Notes under the pieces: generated by a model
Told to the model about the DNA's origin: nothing
What the model saw: the letters and a program-made list of their open reading frames with translations, nothing else
Databases searched by the model: none
Program-made: the position numbers and the translations under genes
Source: Alphaproteobacteria bacterium
GTDB lineage: Bacteria > Pseudomonadota > Alphaproteobacteria > Rs-D84
Length of the DNA stretch: 64,000 nt
NCBI GenBank assembly: GCA_031549365.1
Contig: JAVBPX010000004.1
Span: 1-64,000 of the forward strand
Reading direction: 5' to 3'
Shown: positions 9,263-20,666 of the stretch, one piece after another
Layout of the letters: every line of letters begins with the position of its first letter
Numbering within the stretch: the first letter of the stretch is position 1

Positions 9263-12082
9263 TCATGTTTTCAGATATTTCTTTAAATATTGCCCGGTTA
9301 CAGATTCTGGTTTTTTTACAATCTCTTCTGGTGTGCCTGTGGCTACAATTTGGCCGCCCTTATCCCCACTATCTGGTCCTAAATCAATAATATGATCGGC
9401 TGTTTTAATAACTTCTAGATTATGTTCGATAACAACAACTGTATTTCCTGCATCAGCCAATTCATGCAAAACCTTTAACAGCATATCAACATCTGCAAAA
9501 TGCAAGCCTGTTGTTGGTTCATCCAATATATATAAAGTTTTTCCTGTGGATGCCCGTGATAATTCTTTGGATAATTTAATTCTTTGTGCTTCCCCGCCGG
9601 ATAAAGTTGTCGACGATTGACCAACAGAAATATAATCCAATCCAACACGTTTTAATAATTCCAGTTTATTTTTAATTGATGGCACATTAATAAAAAATCT
9701 ATACGCTTCATCAACACTCATATTTAATACATCTGAAATTGATTTACCCTTGTATAAAACTTTTAATGTTTCATCATTATATCTTTTACCGTGGCACACA
9801 TCACAATCAACATATACGTCTGGCAAAAAGTGCATTTCAATTTTTATAACGCCATCCCCCTGACACGATTCACAGCGCCCGCCTTTGACATTAAATGAAA
9901 AACGTCCTGGGCCATAGCCCCGGGCTTTGGATTCTGGCAAACTGGCGAAAAAGTCACGTATCGGAGAAAACAACCCAGTGTATGTTGCCGGATTTGAACG
10001 CGGGGTTCGACCAATTGGCGATTGATCAATATCAATTACTTTATCTATATTTTCCAGACCAGAAATATATTTGTGTTTTCCTATGTCATATGTTGATCCA
10101 TGTAATGCACGCATCGCCGCAGGATACAAAGTATCCAAAATTAATGTCGATTTTCCAGATCCAGAAACCCCTGTTACACAGACAAATTTGCCCAAAGGAA
10201 TATCAACATCAATGTTTTTTAAATTATGCTCTGATGCGCCAGTTATTTTAATGAATTCACCATTGCCCAAGCGTCGTGTTTTCGGAGTATGAATAAAATG
10301 GTCGCCCGATAAATATTTCCCCGTTAATGAATTTAAATTCTTTTGAACCTGGGCGGGTGTGCCAACAGCAATAACTTCGCCTCCATGAATACCTGCGCGC
10401 GGCCCAATATCAATTAAATAATCCGCAGCGCGAATTGCATCTTCGTCATGTTCCACAACAATAACAGTATTATCTTTATCTCGCAAATCGCGTAGTGTTT
10501 GAATTAATTTATCATTGTCGCGTTGATGTAATCCAATGCTAGGTTCGTCCAAAACGTACAAAACCCCGGTTAATCCAGATCCAATCTGCGAAGCCAGCCT
10601 AATCCTTTGTGATTCTCCGCCCGACAATGTCCCCGATGCGCGTGATAAAGTTAAATAGCCCAAACCAACATTTTGTAAAAAATTCAAACGATCAACGATC
10701 TCCTTGGTAATAACTCTGGAAATATCGTTATCTTTTTTTGATAAATGATTTGATAAATCTCGGAACCATAACAATAAATTATCAACACTCTGTTCCGCAA
10801 TATCCGCAATATCCATTTTGTTTATCTTTACACATAATGCTTTCACATTTAAACGTTTCCCATGGCAAATTGGACATTCAGATTCTGATTGATATTTTGC
10901 AATTTCATCGCGCATGTAATTTGAATCAGTTTCTTTGAACCGACGCGCCAGATTTGGTATAATTCCCTCGAATGGTTTTTCATAAACAAATCCATTCCAA
11001 TTAATTTTTACAGAAACATCCCCAGATCCATATAATAAAATATTTTTGTGTGCTTCGGTTAAATTAAACCACGGTTTGCTCATTGGTATTTTAAAATGTT
11101 TTGATACAGCTTCTATTAAATGTTCATATTGTGTAATCATTCCACCACGGGACCAAGGGGCAATTGCCCCATCGCGTAATGACACCGACGGATTTGGCAC
11201 AACCAAATCCGGAGAAATGTTTAATTGAATTCCCAATCCATCACATCCCGAACATGCGCCCAACGGGGAATTAAATGAAAATAATCTTGGTTCGATCGCA
11301 GGCATTGTAAACCCAGATACAGGACATGCAAATTTTTCTGAATATAAAATTTCTTCGTTTGTATCCAAGCGTTTCACAAGCGTTACGTCGGGGACCAGTC
11401 GCAATGAAGCCTCGAATGCCGTAGTTAATCGTTCATCTATATTTGCGGCAATTTGTAAACGGTCAATAACAACCATAATTGTATGTTTTTTGTTTTTATC
11501 CAATGGTGGAACGTCTTCGATTTTATACAATTCTCCGTCAACTATTACCCGCTGAAATCCCTGTTTGGTTAAAAACATTAATTCTTTTTTATATTCGCCT
11601 TTGCGATCGCGGACCATCGGAGCCAACACAAATATTTTAGTATCAACAGGCAACTGCATTGTCCATTCAACCATTTGTGCAATCGTTTGCGATGAAATCG
11701 GCATCCCTGTAATTGGAGAATGAGGCACACCAATTCTCGCCCACAATAAACGCAAATAATCGTAAATTTCTGTAACGGTGCCAACCGTTGATCTTGGATT
11801 TTTTGATGTTGTTTTTTGTTCGATTGAAATCGCTGGCGACAAGCCTTCAATAAAATCAACATCCGGTTTTTTTTGCATATCCAAAAATTGTCGCGCATAT
11901 GCAGACAAGCTTTCGACATAACGACGTTGGCCTTCGGCATATATGGTATCAAAAGCTAACGAAGATTTCCCAGATCCCGAAACACCAGTAATGACAACCA
12001 ATTTATTTTTTGGGATATCAATATCTATGTTTTTTAAGTTATTTTCCCGGGCTCCACGCACCGAAATCATTTTTGAACTCAT
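9263..12082 (-). CDS. uvrA: Excinuclease ABC subunit A
   Basis: Two GVSGSGKS Walker A motifs, LSGGESQR and LSGGEAQR signatures, Zn-finger CxxC motifs. Confidence 0.98.
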   Translation of the reverse strand: MSSKMISVRGARENNLKNIDIDIPKNKLVVITGVSGSGKSSLAFDTIYAEGQRRYVESLSAYARQFLDMQKKPDVDFIEGLSPAISIEQKTTSKNPRSTVGTVTEIYDYLRLLWARIGVPHSPITGMPISSQTIAQMVEWTMQLPVDTKIFVLAPMVRDRKGEYKKELMFLTKQGFQRVIVDGELYKIEDVPPLDKNKKHTIMVVIDRLQIAANIDERLTTAFEASLRLVPDVTLVKRLDTNEEILYSEKFACPVSGFTMPAIEPRLFSFNSPLGACSGCDGLGIQLNISPDLVVPNPSVSLRDGAIAPWSRGGMITQYEHLIEAVSKHFKIPMSKPWFNLTEAHKNILLYGSGDVSVKINWNGFVYEKPFEGIIPNLARRFKETDSNYMRDEIAKYQSESECPICHGKRLNVKALCVKINKMDIADIAEQSVDNLLLWFRDLSNHLSKKDNDISRVITKEIVDRLNFLQNVGLGYLTLSRASGTLSGGESQRIRLASQIGSGLTGVLYVLDEPSIGLHQRDNDKLIQTLRDLRDKDNTVIVVEHDEDAIRAADYLIDIGPRAGIHGGEVIAVGTPAQVQKNLNSLTGKYLSGDHFIHTPKTRRLGNGEFIKITGASEHNLKNIDVDIPLGKFVCVTGVSGSGKSTLILDTLYPAAMRALHGSTYDIGKHKYISGLENIDKVIDIDQSPIGRTPRSNPATYTGLFSPIRDFFASLPESKARGYGPGRFSFNVKGGRCESCQGDGVIKIEMHFLPDVYVDCDVCHGKRYNDETLKVLYKGKSISDVLNMSVDEAYRFFINVPSIKNKLELLKRVGLDYISVGQSSTTLSGGEAQRIKLSKELSRASTGKTLYILDEPTTGLHFADVDMLLKVLHELADAGNTVVVIEHNLEVIKTADHIIDLGPDSGDKGGQIVATGTPEEIVKKPESVTGQYLKKYLKT

Positions 12083-12169
12083 TTTTTCACTTCTTTTTTG
12101 TTTATTGTCCGTCAGACATAGGTCGATTTTTATAAACGTCAAGGTTGAAACTATTAAAAAAGCCGGGAA

Positions 12170-13822
12170 TCACGACTTGATTAATGTTTTTGCCATGGTA
12201 ATTGATTCATTCGTTATATTTTCAGCCGATAAAATTCGTGCAATTTCCATAATTCGATCATTCTCTAACAATATACAAACATTCGTGTTTGTTTGATTTT
12301 CGTCCGATTTTTTTGAAATCAGATAATGATTTTTAGCAAAACCTGCAACTTGGGCCGAATGCGTTATAACCAAAACTTGGTTATTTTTTGATAATCGGGA
12401 TAAACGTTCACCAACAGCCGCTGCAATTGCGCCCGATATTCCAGTATCAACTTCATCAAACACAAAAGTTTTGAACGCGTTATCGTTTGATAATATCACG
12501 CGTAATCCTAACATCAATCGTGCCAATTCACCACCCGAAGCAACACGATTCAACGGGGCCATGGCACTACCGGGATTTGTTGAAATCATAAATATTATCT
12601 GGTCTATCCCCGATGCGTTCGGTTCAACCTTATCAATTTGTACTTTGAAATCAGCCTGATCCAGTTTCAATGCTGGCAACTCTGACATTAATTTTGAACG
12701 TAATTCCATTGCCGCATTTACACGATCAGAATGTAATTTATTGGCTGCACCAATGTATAATTTAGACGCTGTATCAATATCGCGATTAAATGCTTCCAAT
12801 TTCTCATCGCCGACATCTATTTCCAGTAATTTTTTATTTAATGCGCCTAAATAGTTTGATAATTCAGAAACACTTATTTGATGTTTTCGAGCCAAGCCAC
12901 GCAATGCAAATAATCTTTCCTCTACATTTTCCAATTCTGTGGTTGGCTGTGAAAATTCGCGTGCTTGCGCGCATATTTCAGATGAAATTTCCGAGAATTC
13001 AGAACCGATTTGATACAATTTATCAATCGTTTTTTGCATTGGATTCGGATCGGATTTAATTCTTTCCAAAATATGAGCAATTGAAAATATAACATTATCC
13101 ACTTTTATGTCATTTGGACTTATCGCGACCCAAGCATCTTTTAATATTTCGGCGTTTTTCTCCGAATTCATCAAGGCGGTTCGTCGCATAGCCAACCGTT
13201 CTTCTTCACCCTCTTCTGGATTTAATTTTTCTAGTTCAGAAATATTGTGTTCTAAATATTCACGTTCAGACGATATTTTATTTAAATATTCTTGGAATTC
13301 ATCACGCTTATTGATTAAAGCTTTCCATTTTTTATACAATTCAGCAACGCTTTTTTGATCATCCACTAATTTTCCAAACGAATCCAAAACAATCCCATGT
13401 GTTGACGAATCCAATAATGTATGATTTTCAAATTGACCATGGATTTCAACCAATTGATCCCCAATCGATTTTAAAATTTTAATCCCAATTGGTGTATCAT
13501 TGGCCCAGGCTCTGGATTTTCCGTCATTATATAAAACGCGACGCAAGATCAGAACATCATCAATTTCGATCCCGTTTTCATGCAAAATTTCACGCACAGG
13601 ATGTTTTTTATCAATATAAAACTCTGAAACAACCGATCCCATATCACATCCAGAACGGACCAAACCAGATTCCGAACGCGCACCCAAAGACAGGGCCAAA
13701 GAATCCATCAATATTGATTTTCCAGATCCTGTTTCTCCGGTTAAAACAGACAAACCCGAATTAAAATCCAGGTCCAAAGTTTCAATTAAAACAATATTTT
13801 GTATTCTGATATGGTATAACAT
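12170..13822 (-). CDS. recN: DNA repair protein RecN
   Basis: LTGETGSGKS, EIHGQ, ASGGELAR, FDEVDTGISG, ITHSAQVA. Confidence 0.97.
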   Translation of the reverse strand: MLYHIRIQNIVLIETLDLDFNSGLSVLTGETGSGKSILMDSLALSLGARSESGLVRSGCDMGSVVSEFYIDKKHPVREILHENGIEIDDVLILRRVLYNDGKSRAWANDTPIGIKILKSIGDQLVEIHGQFENHTLLDSSTHGIVLDSFGKLVDDQKSVAELYKKWKALINKRDEFQEYLNKISSEREYLEHNISELEKLNPEEGEEERLAMRRTALMNSEKNAEILKDAWVAISPNDIKVDNVIFSIAHILERIKSDPNPMQKTIDKLYQIGSEFSEISSEICAQAREFSQPTTELENVEERLFALRGLARKHQISVSELSNYLGALNKKLLEIDVGDEKLEAFNRDIDTASKLYIGAANKLHSDRVNAAMELRSKLMSELPALKLDQADFKVQIDKVEPNASGIDQIIFMISTNPGSAMAPLNRVASGGELARLMLGLRVILSNDNAFKTFVFDEVDTGISGAIAAAVGERLSRLSKNNQVLVITHSAQVAGFAKNHYLISKKSDENQTNTNVCILLENDRIMEIARILSAENITNESITMAKTLIKS

Positions 13823-13869
13823 GATAAAATTATATCTGAATTTTACCTATTTTCAACCAAAATTACAAA

Positions 13870-16800
13870 TCATCCAAAGATTTTTTCCAACTCCATGTCA
13901 TGCAACCATAACAAATATCCGAAAATCTGTTTTTCAGGATATACAGATAATAATAAACGCCCATATTGGGTCATTTTTATTTTGTATTCATTTATTCTGG
14001 CACTTTTATCTTCATCCGTCTTGAAATCAATAAACATGACTGAATTCGTGCCTAACGCCAACCTGTCAATGCGTCCTGATATGAAATTATTATTGAGGTT
14101 GCCTGAAATGGGAACCTCGGCTAATGAATTCTCTCCAAAAAATTGGGACAATTGATCATCGGCATCAATGGAATTAATAATGTTTTGCATTTTTGCTAAA
14201 TTTTTATCGTCAATTTGCGAAAAAGCCGGGTTTTTATCCAATCTTGTCCCTGACGTATGATGTTGCAATATCAAATGCACCACATTGCCAAAATCAATAC
14301 CCATGGACGCTTGCGTTACCTCTTTAAAAAAGTCGTCTGGCGATGTATTCAAAAGCGACAATTCTGATTTTTTCTCTTCGGCATTATTGTTTTTTTCAAA
14401 ATTATTAAACCAATTTGGAAAAACTATATCTTGTTTATCGCTGTTGATTATATTTTTATTTTTTTGAATCGGATTTTTTTGTTCGGATTCAAGTTTATAA
14501 ATTAACTTGTCCGCATCATCAGACAAAATGTTATTAAACTTATCCGATAACACCTCTGTAACGCCATTCATATTTTTAAATATACGGCGAATGGATGAAT
14601 GCCAACAATCTGGATCAATCGATCTCTTTTTTTGATAACCCATAACATATAACATATCGCGGGCCCGAGTCATTGCAACATATAACAATCTATAATATTC
14701 CTGAATTTCCAAGGATTTTTTTGATTTCTGCAATTCAGAAACAATGACAGACATCATTTCATTTTGCGGCAACCAAATCCAGGCCAAATTATCAATTGGT
14801 ATTACTGGCTTATCCCCGCTCCGCCCGTTACCCATTGTCGTAGTATCTATCAAGAACACAATCGGGGCTTCCAATCCTTTGGAACTGTGAATAGTTAATA
14901 TCCGAACCCCATCAGACTGATCCATATCTCGCTTGATTTCAGTTTGTCCAGATTGAAACCATTCAATAAAATTTTCATAGGATCCGACATTTGTTCTTTC
15001 GAAAGTTAAGGCCAAATTTAAAAATTCATCGATTGGATCGATCGCCTGAGTCCCCATTTTTTTTAAAAATTTTGAACGATTATTATCTGAATCCAAAATA
15101 TTAATCAAAAAAGAGTACGGCCGATTATTATCCGCAATTTCTAATATTTTCATTAATTTTTCGTACACACCGGGTTTTTGATCCATTATTACATCCAACA
15201 ATGGGCTTTTTCCCCGAGAATTTGATATTTCAAACAATTCCGGTTCTGAAAAATTAAACAACGGAGATTTTAATAAACACGCCAAATTATAATCATCATT
15301 TTTATTCAAACAAAAACGCATTAAATTAATTAAATCAATAACTGCGGCATGTTCATTTAATTTAATCCTATCTACGCCAGACACAGGAATTTCAAGCATT
15401 TTAAGCGCACGAACCAACGGCTGGACCAGAGGATTGCGATTGCGTACCAATATCATTATATCGTTTGGCAAAATATCTCGATCCAAAGATTTTAATTTTT
15501 CATTTTTAATTAAATTATCAATTTTCTGTGCAATCAAAGATACGTATTCATTAATTATCGATTTATTGTTGTTTTCAATTGTCTCGTTATCAGAATCATC
15601 GTCTGATTGATTCTGATAAATCAATGGCCACACTTCAACGCGGCCAGCGTCACCCATACGAAACACTTTATGTCCCGAATAATTTGTAAACTGTGTTAAA
15701 TATTGTATTGATTCATCTGAAAAAAAATCATCAACAGTTTTTAATATCGGCGCCACTGTTCGATATGATTCATTTAATGAAACGCCATCAATTTTGTACT
15801 GATTTTGTGAAATTGATTGTTCAATAACATCTTTGGATTCTGCAAATGATTTTGGATCTGCCCCCTGGAATGAAAAAATAGATTGTTTCACATCGCCAAC
15901 AACAAACATTGATCTGGAATTTGACCAACTCGTTCCCGATGAAAAAAATTCAGACGCCATTGCGCGCAATATATTCCATTGTTCGGGGCTTGTATCTTGG
16001 GCTTCGTCCACCAAAATATGCTGTAACGAAGAATCCAATTGATATAAAACCCACCCCATCTGTTCCGGATCTGAAAATAATTTCTGAGTATATAATATTA
16101 AATCATCAAAATCCAAAACCGCTCGTATTTTCTTGGTTTCCATATATTTTTTTGCGAACGTATTCGCAATTTTAAATAATGATTTTGTAAATGATATTAT
16201 TTCAATATTTAACAAATTTTGTTGATAATTAAAAACTCGGTCTTGTTCTTCCATAATAAAATTATATAATTCTGGATAGTCCGATTTATACTTCTTGCCA
16301 TTTAATAAAACACGCTTCATCCAATGTGTTTTTGTAATTTCATCTCGCCCAGATTTTAAAAAATTTGTACAATATTCAATAAAATTAATATTTTTATTCG
16401 AAAAATCAACCAGCGCCTGTCCCAAACCAGCAACTGTTTTTAGCGATGATAAATCAGAATTATTTAAAATATAGTTTCCAAAAAATAATCTATCCCGACC
16501 CAAGGCCGAATTATTAAAAAATGCATCGATTTTCGCCCGATCGAAAATTTTTACACCCAGTTTTTTTTCAATTGTTTCAATGAAATACTGTTCATAATTA
16601 ATGGAGTTTCCGAATACAAACATGGATTTATACAAGGTCGCCACAACCCCATGTAATTTGTCAAACGAAAAACTGGATATTTCACATAACATCTTTTCAA
16701 ATGATTCAACCAAATATTCATCAGATGTGTCATTTATTATATTATGAAATACTTCCTTGATCAAACGGGATTGATCCGCATCAGAAATCATCGAAAAAGC

Positions 16801-17223
16801 CGGTGTTACGCCTGCCTCTATTGGGAATTTTTTTAAAATATCCTGACAAAAACCATGAATGGTCTGTATTTTCAAAGTATCAATCGCATCAATATATTGA
16901 TAAAACAGTCCCCTGGCCCGATTTAAATCATTACAAGACGGCACTTTTTGATCATCTGTTAATTCTATTAATTTTTCCGACAATTCAACATCTGGCATAC
17001 TGGCCCATGACCGCAATTCAGACAATATTCGGTTTTTCATTTCCGTGGCGCCTGCCTTGGTATAGGTTAAACACAAAATTCCGCCCATTTTGTTACCACG
17101 AAACAACAAGCGCAATAAACGATGCACCAATACAGTTGTCTTACCTGTTCCGGCATTTGCCTGGACCCAAACATTATTCATAGGATCGGATGCAATACGC
17201 TGATTTTGTGATACGACTTTCAT
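13870..17223 (-). CDS. addA: Double-strand break repair helicase/nuclease AddA (UvrD-like helicase plus PD-(D/E)XK nuclease)
   Basis: VWVQANAGTGKT, VDEAQD, VGDVKQSI, TIHSSKGLE, YVAMTRAR, GRIDRL...IDFKT. Confidence 0.92.
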   Translation of the reverse strand: MKVVSQNQRIASDPMNNVWVQANAGTGKTTVLVHRLLRLLFRGNKMGGILCLTYTKAGATEMKNRILSELRSWASMPDVELSEKLIELTDDQKVPSCNDLNRARGLFYQYIDAIDTLKIQTIHGFCQDILKKFPIEAGVTPAFSMISDADQSRLIKEVFHNIINDTSDEYLVESFEKMLCEISSFSFDKLHGVVATLYKSMFVFGNSINYEQYFIETIEKKLGVKIFDRAKIDAFFNNSALGRDRLFFGNYILNNSDLSSLKTVAGLGQALVDFSNKNINFIEYCTNFLKSGRDEITKTHWMKRVLLNGKKYKSDYPELYNFIMEEQDRVFNYQQNLLNIEIISFTKSLFKIANTFAKKYMETKKIRAVLDFDDLILYTQKLFSDPEQMGWVLYQLDSSLQHILVDEAQDTSPEQWNILRAMASEFFSSGTSWSNSRSMFVVGDVKQSIFSFQGADPKSFAESKDVIEQSISQNQYKIDGVSLNESYRTVAPILKTVDDFFSDESIQYLTQFTNYSGHKVFRMGDAGRVEVWPLIYQNQSDDDSDNETIENNNKSIINEYVSLIAQKIDNLIKNEKLKSLDRDILPNDIMILVRNRNPLVQPLVRALKMLEIPVSGVDRIKLNEHAAVIDLINLMRFCLNKNDDYNLACLLKSPLFNFSEPELFEISNSRGKSPLLDVIMDQKPGVYEKLMKILEIADNNRPYSFLINILDSDNNRSKFLKKMGTQAIDPIDEFLNLALTFERTNVGSYENFIEWFQSGQTEIKRDMDQSDGVRILTIHSSKGLEAPIVFLIDTTTMGNGRSGDKPVIPIDNLAWIWLPQNEMMSVIVSELQKSKKSLEIQEYYRLLYVAMTRARDMLYVMGYQKKRSIDPDCWHSSIRRIFKNMNGVTEVLSDKFNNILSDDADKLIYKLESEQKNPIQKNKNIINSDKQDIVFPNWFNNFEKNNNAEEKKSELSLLNTSPDDFFKEVTQASMGIDFGNVVHLILQHHTSGTRLDKNPAFSQIDDKNLAKMQNIINSIDADDQLSQFFGENSLAEVPISGNLNNNFISGRIDRLALGTNSVMFIDFKTDEDKSARINEYKIKMTQYGRLLLSVYPEKQIFGYLLWLHDMELEKIFG

Positions 17224-17301
17224 CTTTACATTTATCTTGGATTTAGTTAAAATATAACACCATAATACCTTATAAAATTGAAAAGTAAAGAGAGAGTATA
17301 C

Positions 17302-19434
17302 ATGAAAAATAAAACCGAACAAAACCCCAAAAAATCGCACTCTCGCTCCGTATGGGGTTGGATTTTATTGACATTAATCACCATTGGATACACATCCGCG
17401 TGGATTGTTTTAATTTTACCACTATTATCTGGACATGAAAGCATTGCTGTATCAATCGGTATCGGGACACTGATGTTTATCCCGCTATTTGCAATTTGGC
17501 TGGTTTTTGGAATAATTAAAATGGTGTATTCAACCAGAAAATCTGAAAAAACCATGGAATCCATGGTCCTGTTTTTAACAGAACCATCCCGCGCAAACGT
17601 CGAAGATGCTCGCATATTATTGCAAAACGTAATGGAACGAGAATTGGCCCATTTGGATGGCGCATTTCAAAAAATATACCAAGTCCTGGAATTACATGCC
17701 GAACGCGCGGATCAAATCGAACAACGTTTAACTGAACACAATAAACAATTAACAACATCGGCAAATGTTGCATCCGACCGAATTGGCGATGTATCGCGTC
17801 ATTTATCGGATCAATTACAAATTTTTAACAACCTGTTAACATCGAAACAATGGTCCGAGTTAAAATCCGCGTCTGAAAATTTTAACAGTGAAGTCAAAGG
17901 GTTATTCGGCGAAGCCGAAAGCTTGGCCGACATAATTGTCGACCGCACAAAACGCATCCAATCGCAAATTGATTCGTGGTCAGAATCCGGAAAAAATATT
18001 GAACAACAATTAAATCAAACATCCGATCGCACTGCCCACCAATTGAATTCATATGTGATCGAGGCCGATACATTAAACGAAAAATTGGGCATTATAATGA
18101 AAACAACCCAAACAGAATTCAAAGAAATCCAATCTGAATCCAAAAAATTGGGCGCGGCATTGGGCGAAAACGAACATTTGGTCCAAGCTCAATTGGAAGA
18201 TCTTAAAAATTACACAAAACAATCTCAATCTTTGTTACAAAGCCAATTAAACGGCATGATAAACACTGCAAATGCTGTTGGGACACAAATTCGTCTGGCA
18301 GAATCATCCATTGAAAAACAAGAAAAAGGATTACAAAACGCAATCAAAGAATTAATGGATTACGCAAAAAATACAGAATCATATGTTAAAAACATTTCGT
18401 CTGAAATTACTTCGTTGACAGCCCGCCTACAAAACGAAATGAAAGATTTCTCTAATGACATGGTCAAAGATTTGCATAGCGTTACCCAAGTCGCCGACAC
18501 AACATTATCACAAACCGAGCGCGCAACCGAAACCTTTTCCCGCAGCGTTCAAACAATGGCTGACAGTGTGCGTGAAACATTAACTGAAATCACACAAATT
18601 CACGAAAAATTGTCGACCCAGGCAGGTGGATTAATCTCAATGACCAAAGAAACCGTCGAACAATTATCCCCTATGGCTACTATTATTACATCTTATAACG
18701 AAGCATTACCCGCATTAACATCCGAAACTCGTGGATTTATTGATGTATTTGGCGGACAATTAAAAGCATTCGAAACCGAGGCCCACGGCATGACAGATCA
18801 ATTGGCCGCAAACATTTCAGCATTGGATAATAAAATCAAAGGATTGCGAGAATCCACAGATTCTTCGGTTGAGAGCGTTGCCGGATCATCACATAAACTG
18901 GAATTAATGACCGAACAATCCCGTCAGCAAATGATTGACTTATTGGGTGATTATCAAAAAACATTGGATCAAATGAATGAAATTCACGAAAAAATGGCCG
19001 TATTGGCAGCAAAAAAAGTTATGCTAAACATCGCGGATGAAAACGATCGCCCCACCCGCGCGCCGTCGACAACCACCGAATCATTCATGCGCAGCTCTGA
19101 ACGGATCGTCGAAAAATTACATGCCATGTCAATTGATTTAACAAAATTAACCGGCGCTGCAATTCCAGACACTGTTTGGGATCGATACAATGCTGGTGAC
19201 AAAACCATCTTTTCAAAATGGTTTTCAAAAATGATTAAATCCGCAGATAAAAAAAAGGTCCAAGAATTATTTAAATCGGATGCAGCATTCCGCTCACATG
19301 CGACAACATTTATCAAGGGCTTTCAGCGCATGATGAATGATGCCGAATCAACAGATAATCCCGAAATATTAACTCAGACTTTATTAAAAACCGATCTGGG
19401 TCAAATGTATATGGCATTACGCGCATATCTGTAA
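17302..19434 (+). CDS. Membrane-anchored coiled-coil protein, TipN/apolipoprotein-repeat-like polar scaffold
   Basis: Two N-terminal TM helices, long heptad coiled coil, C-terminal WDRYNAGDKTIF...DAAFR...LLKTDLGQMY domain typical of alphaproteobacterial TipN-like proteins. Confidence 0.65.
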   Translation: MKNKTEQNPKKSHSRSVWGWILLTLITIGYTSAWIVLILPLLSGHESIAVSIGIGTLMFIPLFAIWLVFGIIKMVYSTRKSEKTMESMVLFLTEPSRANVEDARILLQNVMERELAHLDGAFQKIYQVLELHAERADQIEQRLTEHNKQLTTSANVASDRIGDVSRHLSDQLQIFNNLLTSKQWSELKSASENFNSEVKGLFGEAESLADIIVDRTKRIQSQIDSWSESGKNIEQQLNQTSDRTAHQLNSYVIEADTLNEKLGIIMKTTQTEFKEIQSESKKLGAALGENEHLVQAQLEDLKNYTKQSQSLLQSQLNGMINTANAVGTQIRLAESSIEKQEKGLQNAIKELMDYAKNTESYVKNISSEITSLTARLQNEMKDFSNDMVKDLHSVTQVADTTLSQTERATETFSRSVQTMADSVRETLTEITQIHEKLSTQAGGLISMTKETVEQLSPMATIITSYNEALPALTSETRGFIDVFGGQLKAFETEAHGMTDQLAANISALDNKIKGLRESTDSSVESVAGSSHKLELMTEQSRQQMIDLLGDYQKTLDQMNEIHEKMAVLAAKKVMLNIADENDRPTRAPSTTTESFMRSSERIVEKLHAMSIDLTKLTGAAIPDTVWDRYNAGDKTIFSKWFSKMIKSADKKKVQELFKSDAAFRSHATTFIKGFQRMMNDAESTDNPEILTQTLLKTDLGQMYMALRAYL

Positions 19435-19482
19435 AAATAATGGCCGCACAATCGCGGCCAAATCATTTTTCAATATTATATT

Positions 19483-19968
19483 TTATTTGCAACGACCGGA
19501 AATTACCACGCCATTCGATAAGTTCAATGTATCGCAATATATATTATCTGTTGTAAATATAACATTTTTTGCACCCATTAATTCCGCTTGAAAAATCACA
19601 ACCGGTTGCGTGTTATATGATAATTCTTTGCCATAATTTATTTGATAATTAACAATCAAATTCTCGTCCGATTTTTTTACAGATACAACTTTAATTTTTG
19701 TTTGTTTATTTGCAGGCGGAACCGCAATACCCAATATTGTTTTATTGTAATCAATTTCGGCTATTGGGGCCATTGTACGCCCAACTCCAAAATATTTTAA
19801 AAACTCATTTTTGTTTTTTGTAACAAAATAATTTTTTGAATACTGTAATTCAACATTGTTTTTTAAAAATACATTTGATAGTGTTTTATACTTAACATCC
19901 ACAGCAACGTCCAATACGTCACATCCAAACAAGCCCAATACGAAAATCGTAATCGCAATTTTTCTCAT
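19483..19968 (-). CDS. Putative lipoprotein (PrcB C-terminal-like)
   Basis: Lipobox-like MRKIAITIFVLGLFG-C; IDYNKTILGIAVP...LIVNYQ...SYNTQP pattern. Confidence 0.6.
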   Translation of the reverse strand: MRKIAITIFVLGLFGCDVLDVAVDVKYKTLSNVFLKNNVELQYSKNYFVTKNKNEFLKYFGVGRTMAPIAEIDYNKTILGIAVPPANKQTKIKVVSVKKSDENLIVNYQINYGKELSYNTQPVVIFQAELMGAKNVIFTTDNIYCDTLNLSNGVVISGRCK

Positions 19969-19985
19969 AACTCTGGACCTTTTAA

Positions 19986-20558
19986 TCAACAAACCCGTTT
20001 GTATTCGGATGATAAAATATTATCCAAATGCTTTGTAATAATATCAGCCACAGCATCCGGAGACAAATTTGTATTATCAATGTCCAATCGGTTTGGATGA
20101 TCAAATTCATGAGTCCCCATTGATATCCATCGATTCAGTTCGTCAACACTGGTTGTTTTGTGATTTTTTTCACGCTCGGACGATGTTATTCGTTGTTTTA
20201 TAACATCCGCGTCCGAAGTTAAAACAACCGGCACAAACGCGGCAGAACGCCGATTTGCCATATCTAAATTTTCTTCGTATACAATGGCCGATTGCTTGGT
20301 CAAAGCATTTGTTAAAATAAACGATTCATTAATCGGACATAAATCAGACATCATATCCAAAACCAATTGTTTAATTTTGCGACGATAATACTGATTCCTG
20401 GGATGATGAAAATCTCGATTTAATGTTAATACAACATTTGTAAATGAATGAACATCCACCAATTTGAATTCTGGATGTTTATCCGCCAAGGCACGAGCCA
20501 CAGTCAATTTTCCAATGCCTGGCAACCCAATTAAAAACACAATTACATTGTTATACAT
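19986..20558 (-). CDS. P-loop nucleotide kinase-like protein (AAA_33 type)
   Basis: Walker A GLPGIGKLT; C-terminal LDIDNTNLSPDAVA typical of small kinases. Confidence 0.75.
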   Translation of the reverse strand: MYNNVIVFLIGLPGIGKLTVARALADKHPEFKLVDVHSFTNVVLTLNRDFHHPRNQYYRRKIKQLVLDMMSDLCPINESFILTNALTKQSAIVYEENLDMANRRSAAFVPVVLTSDADVIKQRITSSEREKNHKTTSVDELNRWISMGTHEFDHPNRLDIDNTNLSPDAVADIITKHLDNILSSEYKRVC

Positions 20559-20666
20559 TTAAAACCTTTTGTTATATCGACAATATTATATCAAGCAAAT
20601 CCCAAACCACAATAAAAAAACGCCCCAATTTTCGATGAATATTGGGACGTTTGTTTTTAAACAATA

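Noticed and set aside
12083-12170. LexA box upstream of uvrA (and recN)
   Set aside because: No alphaproteobacterial GTTC-N7-GTTC motif could be found by eye.
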